This document shows positions 26,993 to 40,682 of a stretch of 64,000 bases of DNA, one piece after another. Location of the stretch: contig CM039009.1 in the NCBI GenBank assembly GCA_017499595.2, positions 1,984,001-2,048,000 of the forward strand. The letters run 5' to 3'. Made by a program: the position numbers and the translations under genes. Under the pieces are notes generated by a model, which saw nothing but the letters and a program-made list of their open reading frames with translations, had not been told where the DNA came from and searched no databases. The stretch's first letter is position 1, and every line of letters begins with the position of its first letter. The stretch comes from Psilocybe cubensis (lineage: Eukaryota).

Positions 26993-28660
26993 TCACAGCA
27001 TCGCGAGCCCTCTCTCCAAGTCGTCCTCGGCTGTAGTGAGCCATGCATATTCCCAATCGCCTACAATCATTTCTCCTAACTTTTCCAGCTTTTCAAGTCC
27101 AACCTCCTCTCCTTTTTGAACTTCCAAGAACTCCGGGGCATTAAATTCGTACAATAGGCCATGCGTCCTTGATGCTGAGTGTACAAAATTAGCAAACGGC
27201 CTCCGTATGGCGTCGTAGATATTCGTCAGCCTAGACAATGGCACCTGGGTTTGAACAGCTTTAGATATGAGGTGTGCAAGAATGTAAGAATCCTAGGTGA
27301 AATCAGCATAAGTTCGAAATTCGGATCTTAGCGTAATTTACTTCAATAGCTTGACCGGCACCATTCCCCTGATGAGGTGTCATTGCATGAGCCTAATAGT
27401 TGCGAAAGCCTAGTTAAAGTTTAATTGGACTGCATGGAGGCGGAGCACATACGGCATCACCGAGGAGAAGCACATTACCATATGTGTATGATCGTAGTGG
27501 CTGGATGGCATGGATAGCCCATCTCGATGGCTTAGACATGTGCTAGACAAGGGGAGGTCATGGAAAAAATAAATATCCTCAAAAATCGCAAACTAACCTT
27601 CACTAGGCAACGTACTTCCTCTTCCCAGCTGTCAAAAAATGGAACCACCTCCTCATTTTTTGCATCCTGAAACGACGGTCCATCATATTGAGTGCCTTCT
27701 TTCTCCATATCGCATACATACGCAGCGATATTGATGACACTGCCCTGGAGTATAGGATACGCCACAATATGCTGAAGAGTATCCAGGAGACAAAATTTTG
27801 GTTAGAATTGCATTCGCTTACCTGGTTTTTTCCACAGTACTGCCTTGACGGTGTTAATGTTTGTGCAGGAAGACGAGTCGCTACTTACGATCGTTGGGAT
27901 GTTTAGTGCGCGATGTTCGGGTAATTCAGCAGCAATCAGGTGGCTAGGGATCATCGATCGATACGCAAAGCTTCCGCTCCACACAGGGTCAGAGGTGGTT
28001 TGAGAGAAAGGCTCATTTTCCCTGACGAACTGCTTCCGCACCACGGATTTGAGTCCGTCAGCACCTACGAGGAGGTCGCAGTAGGCGGTCGTTCCATCTT
28101 CAAACGATAACTGGATTTCATTTGAAAGAACACTATAGCATCGAAGCCGCTTGGATAGATTGCACTGAATAGAAGGCGATAAGTTTTTTAACAGTACCTC
28201 CTGGACGACCGCACGATGGAATGACAGCGCGGCTCCTGCAAAAACAAGGTCTCGAATAGGTGTCCCATTGGGTTGGTCAGCTTTCCGGAAGTGAAACCCT
28301 AATCCTGTAATTGAGAGTTACTAGTAAGCTAGTAACATTTTTAATGAGAAAATGAACACCGACGTGGAGTTCCATCTGGAATGTGCTGGCCAGGAGACAG
28401 TTGACCTGCAAGCACGGAATCTACACCAAGTTTCTCTAAAATCTTCCAGGCGCGTGGCCAGAACGTTATTCCTGCACCAATTTGCGTCAATTCAGGTGCT
28501 GATTCATATATGTTGACTTGGATATGATCCTGGAGATTGAGTCGACTCAGAGCTACGGCCAAGGTCAGACCGCCAATTCCTCCACCTCTGTCTCCAATGT
28601 AAGCACATATTTCGACAAAATTCAAGGACTCGCCTACATAATTCCAATGCGCAATGGCAT
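26993..28660 (-). CDS. FAD-dependent monooxygenase (salicylate hydroxylase-like); multi-exon
   Basis: MPLRIGII|GGGIGGLTLA Rossmann motif; YESAPELTQIGAGI; DLLVGADGLKS; LLGDA|AHAMTPHQGNGAGQAIE|D. Confidence 0.92.
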
Positions 28661-29139
28661 CTTGAAGCTGTCAGAGTTTACAGATAAGAGGTTATCTATC
28701 CACACCCTCATGGATACTCCGCGCTGTAGTTCGAAAATGGCATCCTTTTCCTGACTGTGTGAACCCAGGGTAGGTGGTGAGAAACAGACCTTAACAATCT
28801 AAATTTTATCAAGGCCTAGCTCCAAGCTCAGTTGAGCCAAATAATGTAGGTCTGCCAGAGGTTGCGCCGAACATTGAAAATGAAATAGGCTTTGTAGGTT
28901 TGTAGCTTTGTACGGGGTCCCGGCTGGGTTTCTTGCTGTAGATCAGTTAATTCGAGCTCCGATTTAACTTCCCGTGACGGCGTGACCTGCGGTTTTTTTC
29001 CCGCTTTCTCCCGACTCCTTGAATGCGTTTCACTTTATCAACCAAACCAACTTTGTCAATATCATACTATTTACTTTCAAGATCCACTCCAATTTCAGAT
29101 ACTTTGAATCATCGTTGCTTCACAGTTGAAAGCTTGTGT

Positions 29140-29166
29140 CACTGCGGGGATTGGCATATATAGTCG
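29140..29166 (+). repeat. Left terminal inverted repeat (CACTG...)
   Basis: Reverse complement of 45016-45042 with 2 mismatches. Confidence 0.93.
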
Positions 29167-29599
29167 ATAATAAAATCGTCTCTTATATTGCGACTAAATT
29201 TTAAATATAATTGTTGTTCTGGATTAGATCAGAAATAGGAAAGATTTTTCAAAGATATTTTGCTGTTTATGTCACCCCGTCAAACCTCGACTACCTATTC
29301 AACAGTAGGCATAGTTTACATCTCGGACGGATTTTGAAATTCTGCCATGGCTTAATTCAGACATATCAGATTAGCACGTTTCCATATCTTATTTATTTTC
29401 TGCACCTGGCATAACCGCGAGGGATATCGAATATGACATAATCTCTCTGACTGTGGTTCTATTTGACCCATGTATTGTACAAACACTGTGACACCATCGT
29501 GAAAGTAAACTAAGCAGTGAAAACGGATTGTGTGATGAATGAAATTTGGGAAGGACACTCTACTCCAGCGGATCGCGCCTCCAAGGTAGCTCGTACGTA

Positions 29600-30347
29600 T
29601 CTGAAATATACATGGTAGGTAAACTTGTATCTGTGCACAATTTAAAAGTAAATAACTTACATAGAAATGGCCTTTTGGGTAAATAACCGGCCAACAGGAC
29701 GTGAAAGGATGCGAGTTCGACGTCCCAGAGAGAATATTATGAGCTCTCCGTGCCAGGGCGCATGAGGACAAATCTCATGTAAATTGAGATTTTGAGGAAG
29801 GGTGCTGTCATAGTAACCCATTATAAGGAAACGATGACGATCGACCGTGACAATGGTGGATGCCGTGGGGATGCAATTAGGATTTACAAGCACTCCGGCT
29901 ATGTCAATCTGAGGAGTTTCGGTGAAACTGCCAGAGTCCGTGGCTGCGAGTCGACATTGGAGCAGCATTGGATTTGCCGTTGTTAAAGAATAAAGCAGCC
30001 CTTTCCTGTACTTCTGTTGCAGGATCGTACTTTAGTTCTAGGTCTTCACTGGCTATAAAGTGGAAAACATACCTTGTCTCGTAATCTTTGGCTCCTGATT
30101 ACATGCACAACTCGTTCTGTGCTATGAGTTGGTAACTCGACAATCTCGGTCTCGTGGCGCGTAAGCTAGATAGAACTTGTGGTCAGAATTCTTGTAGTAA
30201 TCAAAGCATAACATGATGCTCACCATATTGATTTTGGGGATGCTGATGAGTAGGGGTGACTGAGGAACTTGGCTTTCAAGTTCGCGCAACTTTAAGTACC
30301 TCATCATCCTACTGCGCCATTTCAAAGTTGGATTCGAATGTGTCCAT
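29600..30347 (-). CDS. Small hypothetical passenger gene; exon structure and ends uncertain
   Basis: Exon-like segments ...VVHVIRSQRLRDK|GTATGT and ...RSCNRSTGKGLLYS...FLIMGYYDSTLPQNLNLHEICPHAPWHGELIIFSLG (ORF 29657-29968). Confidence 0.45.
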
Positions 30348-30749
30348 CGAGCTTCTTCTGGTCAGCCTAAACAGGGGATTATCTTTGAAAAGTATCGATA
30401 TCGACTTTTGAAATATATTCTACTGTTCAGCTCCTTACCTCTGATGCTTCCTTGACGAATAATCTTTGAAAAATAGCCGGCTGTTTTGGCCGGCTAGAAA
30501 TGTGGCAAATATTTCAAAAATAGCTGTCGCACAAAGAGCCAAGTGATCTTGGCACCAGATCAGACGATGTGAGTTCCGTTTTTTGTACATGATGCAGGCC
30601 GTACTCTGTAGGAATGCTTTGAAAGAATAATTTTTGACCAAATTTGAGGCTCGGGATTCTATCTTTATAATGATCGACGCCAAAGACAAGTGTTGAGTGT
30701 AGGCCCCATCCTCTAGTCGTCACTTTTACTCAACTTTCTCAAGCCAGAA

Positions 30750-32587
30750 ATGACGCCTTCCCGGATATTTTACGGGAATTCCCACGTACATCGACAGGCA
30801 ATTATCACTCTGCATGGCAAAGAAGCTGCTCACACTCTGAAGCTCTCGCACAGTGGTCGATTTCTTGCAGTCGGTAACGATGAGGGCCTCCTTGAAGTAT
30901 GTGAAAGGTCATTAATTTATTCTAGGTGTTTAGTGTGCTTAATAACTCCTAGATTTACATGCTCCATGACTCAGTTTGGAGAAGATTCGGCATTTACGAA
31001 AGCGGTACATCTATTCGCGCCCTTGCATGGCACCCATCGGAGGACTTGACTATTTTTTGTGGATCTGCCAATGGGTCTTTACATAGGATCACTATGCAAT
31101 TGGATGGGGTTAGTTTTACTTCTTTGTGTGCACTTTTCGCCTCACTGACTCTAATGCACCCCTTTCAGAGCTATGTTACATCTAGCGCTATTATACCAGG
31201 CTATATACACTCGCTGCAGCTGAGTCCAGACGGATCAAGGCTTGCAATTGGTCATGGGCGATCTGTTTCCATCGTAAAAGACCCGTTCATGGGTGAGTCA
31301 TTACAAGCACATCTCATTACTGATGTCATGGTCTGATGGGCGTAATAGAGCCAAATGAGCTGGGGGAAATGGCTAGACTGAACGTGTCATTGTCTCCCAA
31401 CGTTCAGAGTCTTTCCGAATATAAATTCTCACGCGGAATATTTTTTGCCTCAAGCCGGATAGTAATCATCCCTTTCCTTGGTACAGGAGGAATAACGTGT
31501 GTCATACTTCTTCATCTATCATTTCTGGACAACGCTAATTCGTCAATTATAGAGCATACAGCCTTAATGACTATTCCAGCAAGTGGTCCATTCAACTACG
31601 AGATAACACCTTGTAAGTGATATTGCAATTCCTTTGTAACTTGTTTGTTATAACAACTATGGTCTACAGTCTGGGCTCCGCTGCAATCTCACCGTCCGGA
31701 GAACGAGTTGCCGTTATGAACATGTGTGACGGTATAGACTTCTATTCAACCACCCATCGACGTCTTTTGTCGACTACGCGCTATGTCTTATCTAGCCGAA
31801 CTCCCCCAAGAAATCTGATAGTCGATATCATCTTTGTTGACGAAGATACTGTTGCCGTTGGCCATTCTGATGGCTATGTTGCTTTTGCGACATTTGGCGT
31901 TAGCGAGATATGCGGGACCTTTGCGCTCGATGACAACAATTACCGAGGTATGTCAAAGAGTTTTCAAAGAGAGCATTACATTCTGATTATGTTACCCAGC
32001 TCCAGTACAAGCCATAACATTTGGTCTTGTCAATCACCAGCCTCACATCTTCGCCGTTATACCCGCATTTAGTCCATGGATGCGCACACACGGTGCCATT
32101 GCCAATACTATCCACGTTGGACTCATACAAAACAACGACGAATCCGGTATTGGAGAAATTGATAGCACATTGGTATGCATAATCAGTTTGTTCTAATGTT
32201 CAATTAATTTTAACCACGGTGATACAGGATGATCAATACCCTTCAACTAGGACACGTCCGCTCACTATGTATAGTGCTAATACTTTCCACTTCACCACTA
32301 TGCAAGTAGCAATGTTGTTGCTTGTTACAATTTCTTCAACATTGTATGGGAAATATTTGCTCAGCACGGAGTCCCACTTGCCTCCGCCACATCTACAGGT
32401 CGCCGCAGTGACTGAACATCCCACCAATTCCGCATCAGAAACTTCGGTGAATCCATCTTCCCAGCCCCTTTTCTTGGAGGGATCACCAACCTCTCCTGCG
32501 CATCCCTTCTATGCATTCACATTAACCGGGATGGTCACTGGGTCTGCTTCAATTGCATTACCTACTGTAGGGAGTAATAGCGCGTGA
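30750..32587 (+). CDS. WD40-like beta-propeller protein with a C-terminal transmembrane segment (passenger gene); multi-exon
   Basis: Repeated blades LKLSHSGRFLAVGNDEGLLE, IRALAWHP...FCGSANGSL, IHSLQLSPDGSRLAIGHG, AAISPSGERVAV and IIFVDEDTVAVGHSDGYV; late hydrophobic stretch VAMLLLVTISSTLYG. Confidence 0.8.
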
Positions 32588-32738
32588 TGGTATTTCTCCA
32601 TACATAGATTACTCATTGACTTGTACATAATAAACATCCGAGTCCATATGCAATGCGTTAAATTGTTTTTTTTTCTCTATGGGAATATATTTGGTTATAA
32701 GTAATTGTCGCAGGAAGGCAGCTTTAACACGTTTTCCT

Positions 32739-34620
32739 ATGGCAACATTTCCTGAAATCATCGAGGAATTTTTATCTCGAGTCTTGCTACTCCCTCTTGA
32801 TGCTAGCAGGGAGGAAGTCAATATTGCACTCGCCAACTGCCTTCATTATGAGCAGCAAATTCGTCGTTGGTTTGCTCAGCACAGGAATCACCCCATTCTT
32901 ACCGAAGATCCCTATCTGGGCTTGATTAATATATTCCAGGTTCCCGACGCAGTTTTACGTTCCCGCCCTCGCTCAGACACAGAGAATATGCACATTTTGA
33001 CTTTTCCAGACAATAGCTACGAAGAATTTCCAGGATCCCATCTCCTACCTCTTCAGTCTGGACTTGTCAGGCCCCGGGGTAACCGTGCCATTGTTCCTAG
33101 TATTGAGGCCTTTCTGAACAATTTTCATATCTTCTCTCATGGCGCTCTGTCAAGGCTCCCAAGCTGGGAAAATATTGTTGTTGCTGGAGGATCTGTGTTG
33201 GGTTGTCTATCACCTCCTGTTAATGCGTCTAGCTCAAACATGGAGCTCAACGACTTGTACCAGTCGCCTGCATACTGGGACTCCGATATTGACTTATTCA
33301 TTTTTGGACTGTCTCACCAAGAGGTCAACTACGCTTTACCATCCTCCGGCGTACACTTACTGACATCTCATTATCTCGTAGGCCCTTCAGAAGATGGAGA
33401 ATATATACAATTCAATTCAAGAAACAATCCCTTTTCATACAATTTGCGTGCGCAGGGCAAATACCATTACAATCTATAGTGCGACAACTACTAATTTTTC
33501 CGATGTGTTTTTAAAGATGCTCACCATATTTTTCTTAGCAACATGGCCTGTAAGGCCAATCCAAATTATAATGCGACTGTATATGTCACCGTCTGAGATT
33601 CTTGCTGGGTTTGACATCGACTGCTCATGTTGCTTGTTTGATGGTACGAATTTCTTGACACAAATTGGTACATTTATTTTATTAACTGTGCTATTAGGTC
33701 AAAGTGTCTACGTAAATCCTCGGGCGCTTGCGGCGTTGATCTGTCAGTCAAACTTGATAGATATATCACGAAGATCACCTTCCTATGAAGTTCGCTTTGT
33801 GAAGTATTCTGAACGGGGATTTGAGGTCCACTATCCCGAATTAAATCGTCATAATATTGCTTACCAGAAAGTACGTCCAAATCTTTTTGTCTAACTGGAT
33901 ACATAATGACATCTATACAAAGCTTTATGACATCGACTTACAGGAGTATCCACAAGGCCTTTCATTTCTGATTGTCGGCGAGATGGAGCACAAGCGTCCC
34001 CACTACTACAATAATCTTTCTCAGTGGAAGGGTCGAGTTCCAAAGGCAAGACGTCTGTATGCACCTGAGAACATCGGGACTGCAAATTTGAAGGAGCTTA
34101 TATTCTCCAATAATTATGAGTATATTCGCATTCCCCATCGCCCAGGAGTAAATTCTAGAATAATTGAAAAATGGGTAAAGAGATTTGTGAGTTCCATCCA
34201 CATTTTTTCACCCAAATCTCATTGACTTTGTTAGGACGAGAGGGCAAATTCAAAGTATAACTTGGTAAACCTCAACCGAAACTTGCACAGGCATGCCGCT
34301 TTCGCTGGTACAATGGCAGAGTGTCTAGAAAATTTCTGCATGGTAAGTATTTCTTTATTCTCTCGTCATGGGGTCTAATGCCATACTGCGCTAGAATTGT
34401 CCTTCTCCTCAGAGCGCTGAAGAAGAAGCTTTAGTGACGGCTGAACCAATGTATATTCGGGGACCAGCCAGGTGAGTGCTACAACTCCGGTATAATTGCT
34501 CAACATGTGTCCTAACCTTTGAGCGTCAGATTCATTGAGTCGGACCCGGGCCGTCAGATGATTGGAAGTTTCAATCCAATCACCATTGATAATTGGACAG
34601 AAGGGGCCTATAGGAGTTAG
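32739..34620 (+). CDS. Nucleotidyltransferase-fold protein (Pol-beta superfamily-like), stand-alone form (passenger gene); multi-exon
   Basis: NIVVAGGSVLGCL...DSDIDLFIFG (hG[GS]...DxD); IQIIMRLY...SEILAGFDIDC; RRSPSYEVRFVKYSERGF; ends DPGRQMIGSFNPITIDNWTEGAYRS* with TAG at 34618-34620. Confidence 0.75.
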
Positions 34621-35640
34621 ATATGACGCCTTCAATCATGTAGATGATAACATTATGGTTAAAATCTCAGTGGGAAGTTGGGAATTGAATTAGCATTTGA
34701 TCATAAGGAGAATATTGCAGCACGTTGGCTCACCTATCTTATCAGTCATTGCAATTAGAGCCGGACTCGGACCGTACATTAGCACATGCTCTAGGATACA
34801 TATTCACATTGTACTCTTAAGACCGGCCATGGATTTGAACCAGGTTTAAGAAGCTTTACAAGCCTATCTCAGACCTGCTTGGTACTCTTGGGTAGATACA
34901 ATTGTATGAGAATGGCTAAGGATATCCCGGGCATGAATAAGCGTCAACTCGGGCATTAAATCCTCGTGTGCATATTGGTCCATAGGTGAGAAGCTGGGAT
35001 GACGGTAATACAATGCGTGTGGTCCTGATTTGCATTGCTGCGGCCCTTCTGTCTGCGCTCAAAGTCCAAAAAATCAAAACGCGCATGAACTGCATAGATA
35101 ATAAGCCCTAAAAGGTCTTGCTTCGGCTGTTTAGAAGCCTAATGACTGTTCTGGGCCTGAACACGCACACAAACCCTTGTGGGAAAACTTACATGACCGT
35201 GGTACTTTGTTAGTTCAGATGAACACGGTTTGTGGTGACAATGATGCACCACTGCGACACTAGATAGGGCTCTAGTGAAAGATTTAAGGAAAGTAAAATT
35301 TGTGAATACTTTCTATGTTTAACAGAGGCATTGATATTTTGAAAACCGTGATGTGTACTTGGTGGAGTGCAGTACTAGTGGGCGGAAAATATAGGGCACA
35401 TTAATTCTACATATCCCATAAGTTATCTGAACGTGGTAATTATAATGTGTTGCTTGACTCGTCAAAACCTCATGTTATATCTCCATCTTGGGCCATGACT
35501 TTGAGAAATAGGAAAACATGAGGCAGAGTTGGAAGAACGCTGATTATATTCTACAAAGTAAGCAAAGCATCCCAAAGACATAAAAGGCGTCCATTTTCCA
35601 GCCTAATACTCCTCAGCTCCTCTTCCCAACTCAAAGAGCG

Positions 35641-37523
35641 ATGTCATTCAGAAGCTTCTACTCCACCAGTCGCAGTCACCCAATGTCTGCAACTGCAAGC
35701 TACAAAGGTGCGTAGTTCTGTGTAAAGCACATTGGAATCAAATAACTGACCTTATGTTAAAGGATTTTCTGACAGCAGTCCACCAACGTCGCTCTCTGCC
35801 TCTGTTACTGCATCTGTTTGTAGTAGCGAGAGTTTCCAAACGGCCCAGCAGAGCGCATTCTCTCCTCAGTTTGCCGAGTCTTTCATTCGCGGTTTTGATT
35901 TGAATCGCACTGACACGGGGAGCGAATCATCCTTTGGAACTCACACTGGTTCCCTGGAGAATTTTTCTCCTGTTTCTGCTCCACACAACAACGACGTAAA
36001 AGGTTCTATGATGGTCGTAAGCCAAACTGTCTTATGCACAAAATTTGTTAAGTTTTTCTAACAACCTTCGTTAGGCTTGTGATGAAACGTCTGACAACAG
36101 TCCCCAAGATGAAGAGGTAAGTCTGTTACTTGTTGACACTATACATACTCTGATTAGCAAACAAAATTTGGTTGTATTCTTAGATGCATGATGAACTCAG
36201 TTCTGACTCTGCAGAGGAGACGGAAGATGAAGACTATATTGCCTCGGATGACGAGGCTCAAATGGTAAGTGAATGGTTGAAATTTTTTTGTCATATTAAT
36301 GTTTTTATTGTAGATTGTAACGGACTCGACCAATGTTCGACTCACACGTTTAGAAGCTAACATCACTGCCGTCTTAGCAGCAATCCAGTCACTCACAGCA
36401 GCAGCAGCAGCGTCGGCTCAGGGGCCTACTACTACCCCAACCTCTCGTCTTGGAGTTATCTCAACTCGACCACTTGGTCCAAATAGGCGCCCAGCAGACC
36501 GAACTGCTCTCATGGTGAGAAGTATTTTATTATAATATCCGGAATACTCGGTCTCACTGTTCTGTCTATAGCGCCAAGTCAGAGCAGAGCTCAGCCGACT
36601 GCTCGGTGATGATTTTCTGAGCTTCGAGAATGTCTTGACTCGTGACGAGCTCGATGTTTTTGGATCTATCTGGAAGTCTTCTACAGCTGAGCCACGTCCA
36701 TCTTGCTGTGACGTCGACAATTTTAAGGTCGACCTCATTGGTTCTCCCCGAAGTGATTGGAACCAATCAGCTTCACGAGTTTTTGCCAAGCACTTTGTTA
36801 CCACGTCGGCGTATAGTCACAGCTATTTCCCTCTGGTCCAGAATTATTTTTACCAGAGGATGAAGTCTCTTCAGGCAGCTTTTCGGAGGAAGAATGCGGA
36901 CGATGCTGCTCGACAGGCCGAAACCACTGCTAAGCGCCGCTGGCAAAGAAAACAAAATGTATGTATTAAATTTAATGTATGTTCCATTATTACATTTACT
37001 TATTCAATGTTTTAGCTCTTCCACAAGCGTCTTGGGATTGCCCAGGAGCACCCCCTCCTACAAGAGCATGTACCCATTCTACAACGTCTTGGTATTGCAG
37101 GGATGAGCTCAGACGAGAGCGATTTTGAGGATGGCCCGGCAAGCACTGCCACAGGGGGTGCTCCAAGATACAAAGTGCATCCCCCTGCCTGGCGTGCCTC
37201 TGCCCTCTCCTACTGGCTGCAGACAATTGATTCGCTCCAGGTTCTTTTTAGGAGATCCAATGGTAAGCATCGCGGCTCATTTCCTCGCCTCCGCGTTGCA
37301 TCTGGAGAAGACAGCGACAGCAAGGGCTTTGTCACTGACTTACCCATCACGGCATACAACCCAAACTGGCTTGCCGCTAGGCCATTTTATATGTTTGATG
37401 TTCGCCCGACCGATGAGAACTACAACTTCAATCACGACAACCGACTCTTTGCGTGAGTCAAACATATTTCTTCATTATACTGTGGCACTAACTACATTTT
37501 TCAATAGATATTTCCAAGTCTAA
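35641..37523 (+). CDS. Hypothetical multi-exon protein (transposon accessory ORF)
   Basis: ATG at 35641 and a series of GT-AG introns. Conserved-looking C-terminal block WNQSASRVFAKHF...KRRWQRKQN|LFHKR...LGIAGMSSDESD...PAWRAS...LPITAYNPNWL. Confidence 0.65.
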
Positions 37524-38528
37524 TGTTGTAGCCACCATCCTCAAATTAATCAGGGCTTGTCCTCCCTACCGTGTTAGCACAGGTTCCGAAAGAGGGTAGG
37601 AGTGCCCCGACATTCTTGATACGAAATCTTTTTTTTGTATGTTCCCTGCCATTCAAAATGGTCCGAAAGAGGGAAAAAGTTTTGATAATGTACATATACT
37701 TGACAACAATGATTCTACAATTCTATATCTTTGATTTCAATACTTCTTGAATTGAATTTTGGCACAATAATAAGTGTTGGAAGTCCCAAAACATACCACT
37801 TAGACAATTGGACACCAATCACATATGCTGATCACAATATATGTTGACACCTCAAAATAGTTAATCTGCCACCAACGTATGAGGGGATCAAAACACGCAG
37901 GCGTATTGTTTCTGCGCCACCACTAGCATAGGAAGCCTCTTCAGCGGCAACGGTAATGCACATGCGCACTCAACCATTTTTTGTTGATTCATGCGTCTGT
38001 CAGTCACATGATTCAAGAATGGCACAAGTGGTCTAGACTCTAGGTTGGTCTAGAACGCATTACCTAAGAGTAACACGTACGCACGGGCCATAGTTGACCG
38101 CATTAACATTATAGTCCAGGTAGAGTGTAACAGAGAGGGTTAGAAGTGCATTAAGCCACAAGCCAGGTTACCAGACATTGACAAAGTAATAAGTAGCAAA
38201 GAGAGTCAGCAGTTGTAGCAATTTTGAAGCAGTAGAATACAAAGGTGTAACCATATTGCCAACATGTCACCCAATCGGCCAATGTTCAGTGCTTCTATGC
38301 GTTGGAAAACAGCACTGTAGGTCATGAGATGTAACTTATCAAGTGGTTTTACTCAAATACTTCCACCGAATTCTTATAAATCATATCTGACAATGCGGGC
38401 CATATCACCGAGCTAACTCGTTACTCTTCTGAATCTTGGCATCCGAAGCAAAGATATCAATTGTCGCATTGCGATACAGTTATTAGCAACACATTTTTTT
38501 GCCTCTCTGTACCTTGGTTCACCTAGAC

Positions 38529-40555
38529 ATGCAATCCGTAATCCAGGACCTTGATCCAAACAGTGACTCCAGCCCGCCGCTCAACACTCAAAGGCTTCCC
38601 AACTATGATAAGCCACCATTCGTTCAGATTGAACATTTTCCGGACATTGATGTACGTATACCATATTCATCAACACAAATATGCTATCTCACTCTTGATC
38701 ATAGCTTCTTACTCACGATTTTGGGGAGCTAAACATGACAAGGTCGGTTGTTATCGATTAAAATATGATCTTTTATTCACTATAAGTATGCGCATACAAG
38801 GCCCCCCTATAACTCTCATGAGCAGAGGGAGTTCTCTGTCTCTGCAGCGCACAGTCGCTACCACTCTGAATCCAATATACCAGAGCGTCAACGCAGTCCG
38901 GACCGTGAAGGAATCCAGGTGTCTTCCCATGTTATTGCGCAACGGTCACAACAGGATTGGACTGAAGAAATTACGCGTGAGCTCAGACGCATCTCAGGCT
39001 CTAGTGGACATTCAGGGCAGCGCACCGGTCACAATCACTCTGGATCTGTTGCTAATCCAGTTGAACGGCGGGAAAGTGGTCCCCAGGAGCCTTTCAATCG
39101 TGGCCGCCGCGAAATGTCACTCCCCTTCACGCCAGCGCCATATCGAGCCGGCATTGAGGAGAAGAAATCTGAAGTTCGACGGGTGATTGCTTACTACTTT
39201 CACTCGTCTGCCGTTTCCCCCCAGAACGTTCATCAAGTAGTCAGTGTTATAACTGGCAGTACAGACGACTATGGAGCGTTGCTCTCCCAGCTCAATATCC
39301 TTGGTCCACCTACCAGGTATGAAGACATTGGCGAGGTCTATAACCGTCTACATTACATTGTATTTGGAGAAGAGAGAAACACGAATCCTCCGTAAGTTTT
39401 CTCATTTCATGTATATCAAAAAAATCAATTGATCATGTAAATCTATTGTATAGAAACTCTCTTTCGTACACCCCTGTCAGTGCTCACAACACCAGTCGTA
39501 GATTTATTATCGACAATGACCCGGGATCTATTTCTGCACCGAATACCCCGAGAGCACAACAGCGCAGTCCTACATCAGTTAGAGAACCTGCTGCGCTTGC
39601 TGCCCCAATTGCCGTGTATCCACTAAATCCGCCTACTTCTCGATCAACTCCTAGTCCTCCCATCCAGTCACGGATCGATGTTGGAGTGGGAAGTTTGCCT
39701 GCACGTCCTGTGTCTCAGAATATCAGAGAATCTTCAGCCACTTCAGGATTGCGTACCGCGCCAATTCTTTCCCCCACTTCACAAAATCAACAGTCTACAC
39801 CTCCCCATTCTTCGTTGGACCGGATGCTTTCCCACGCATCTAACTTGCCGCTCCCGCCTGTTTCTCCGGCGTCTGTACCCTTGGCAGCATCATCCTTTTC
39901 TGAGGGAACACCACGCCAGTCTGTTGCCCGTCATGCCACTCCACAGAGTCAAGTCAGTCCTCCACATTCTTTGGCACCCAATTCAAGTGCTTCCTTATCA
40001 TCTGCTACTACCTCACTCTCAACTGCAACATCCACTAATAATACTTCGGCATATTTTACCGCGCTATCTGCCAAGGTGTTTCACACAGAGATGGAAGGTA
40101 TAGACGGCCCAATCGATTTTACCTATACCATATCATGCTCGACAGGGCCTCTTGATAATCCACCCGTAGCAGCATTAGAAGAACCGCCTCAATCTGGCGA
40201 CCTTCTCTTCAATCAGTTCCCACATGCCGCACAGTCACTCAGGCAAGCACAAGTGTGGATGTACGTCGACGGTGTTTCTCCTAATGAGCAAGGAGTTTGG
40301 GTAAACATTTCATCTAACTACGGATCATTTGCGGGACAACCAATCCCACACCCTAGGGTCCCGAGTCGTTGCCTAAGTGTCTATCCTGGGAAGGAGGGAC
40401 GACCACGTTGGATAAAGGAGGAGACATGGAGTTCTAATCAGAAGAAATATTTGGCAGAAGCGGATAAGAAGAAACGATTAGATATAGGCCGTGCATCGCT
40501 GACTCCTGCGCCTTCTGCATCTCCATCTAGTGTTGCCAGAAGATCAAGTGACTGA
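38529..40555 (+). CDS. Hypothetical Ser/Pro-rich protein with a small globular C-terminal domain (transposon accessory ORF)
   Basis: Spliced ORFs 38499, 38919 and 39446-40555; C-terminal GDLLF...QVWMY...WV...HPRVPSRCL...PRWIKEETW. Confidence 0.6.
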
Positions 40556-40682
40556 CTAATACACAGATTACTCCAAACTCGTAGTAGCGGGAACAATAGC
40601 AGTAGGAACATGCTTGATACATTACTTTTGTACTGTCGCTTCAATGTCACTTCTTTTATTTCATACTCCTTTTCCTCTCACC

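Noticed and set aside
29126-29139. Treating the flanking TTGAAAGCT/AGCTTTCAA arms as part of a 41-bp TIR
   Set aside because: The five intervening bases are unpaired and contain the direct TGT repeat next to canonical CACTG ends; a target-site palindrome is more parsimonious, though not formally excluded.
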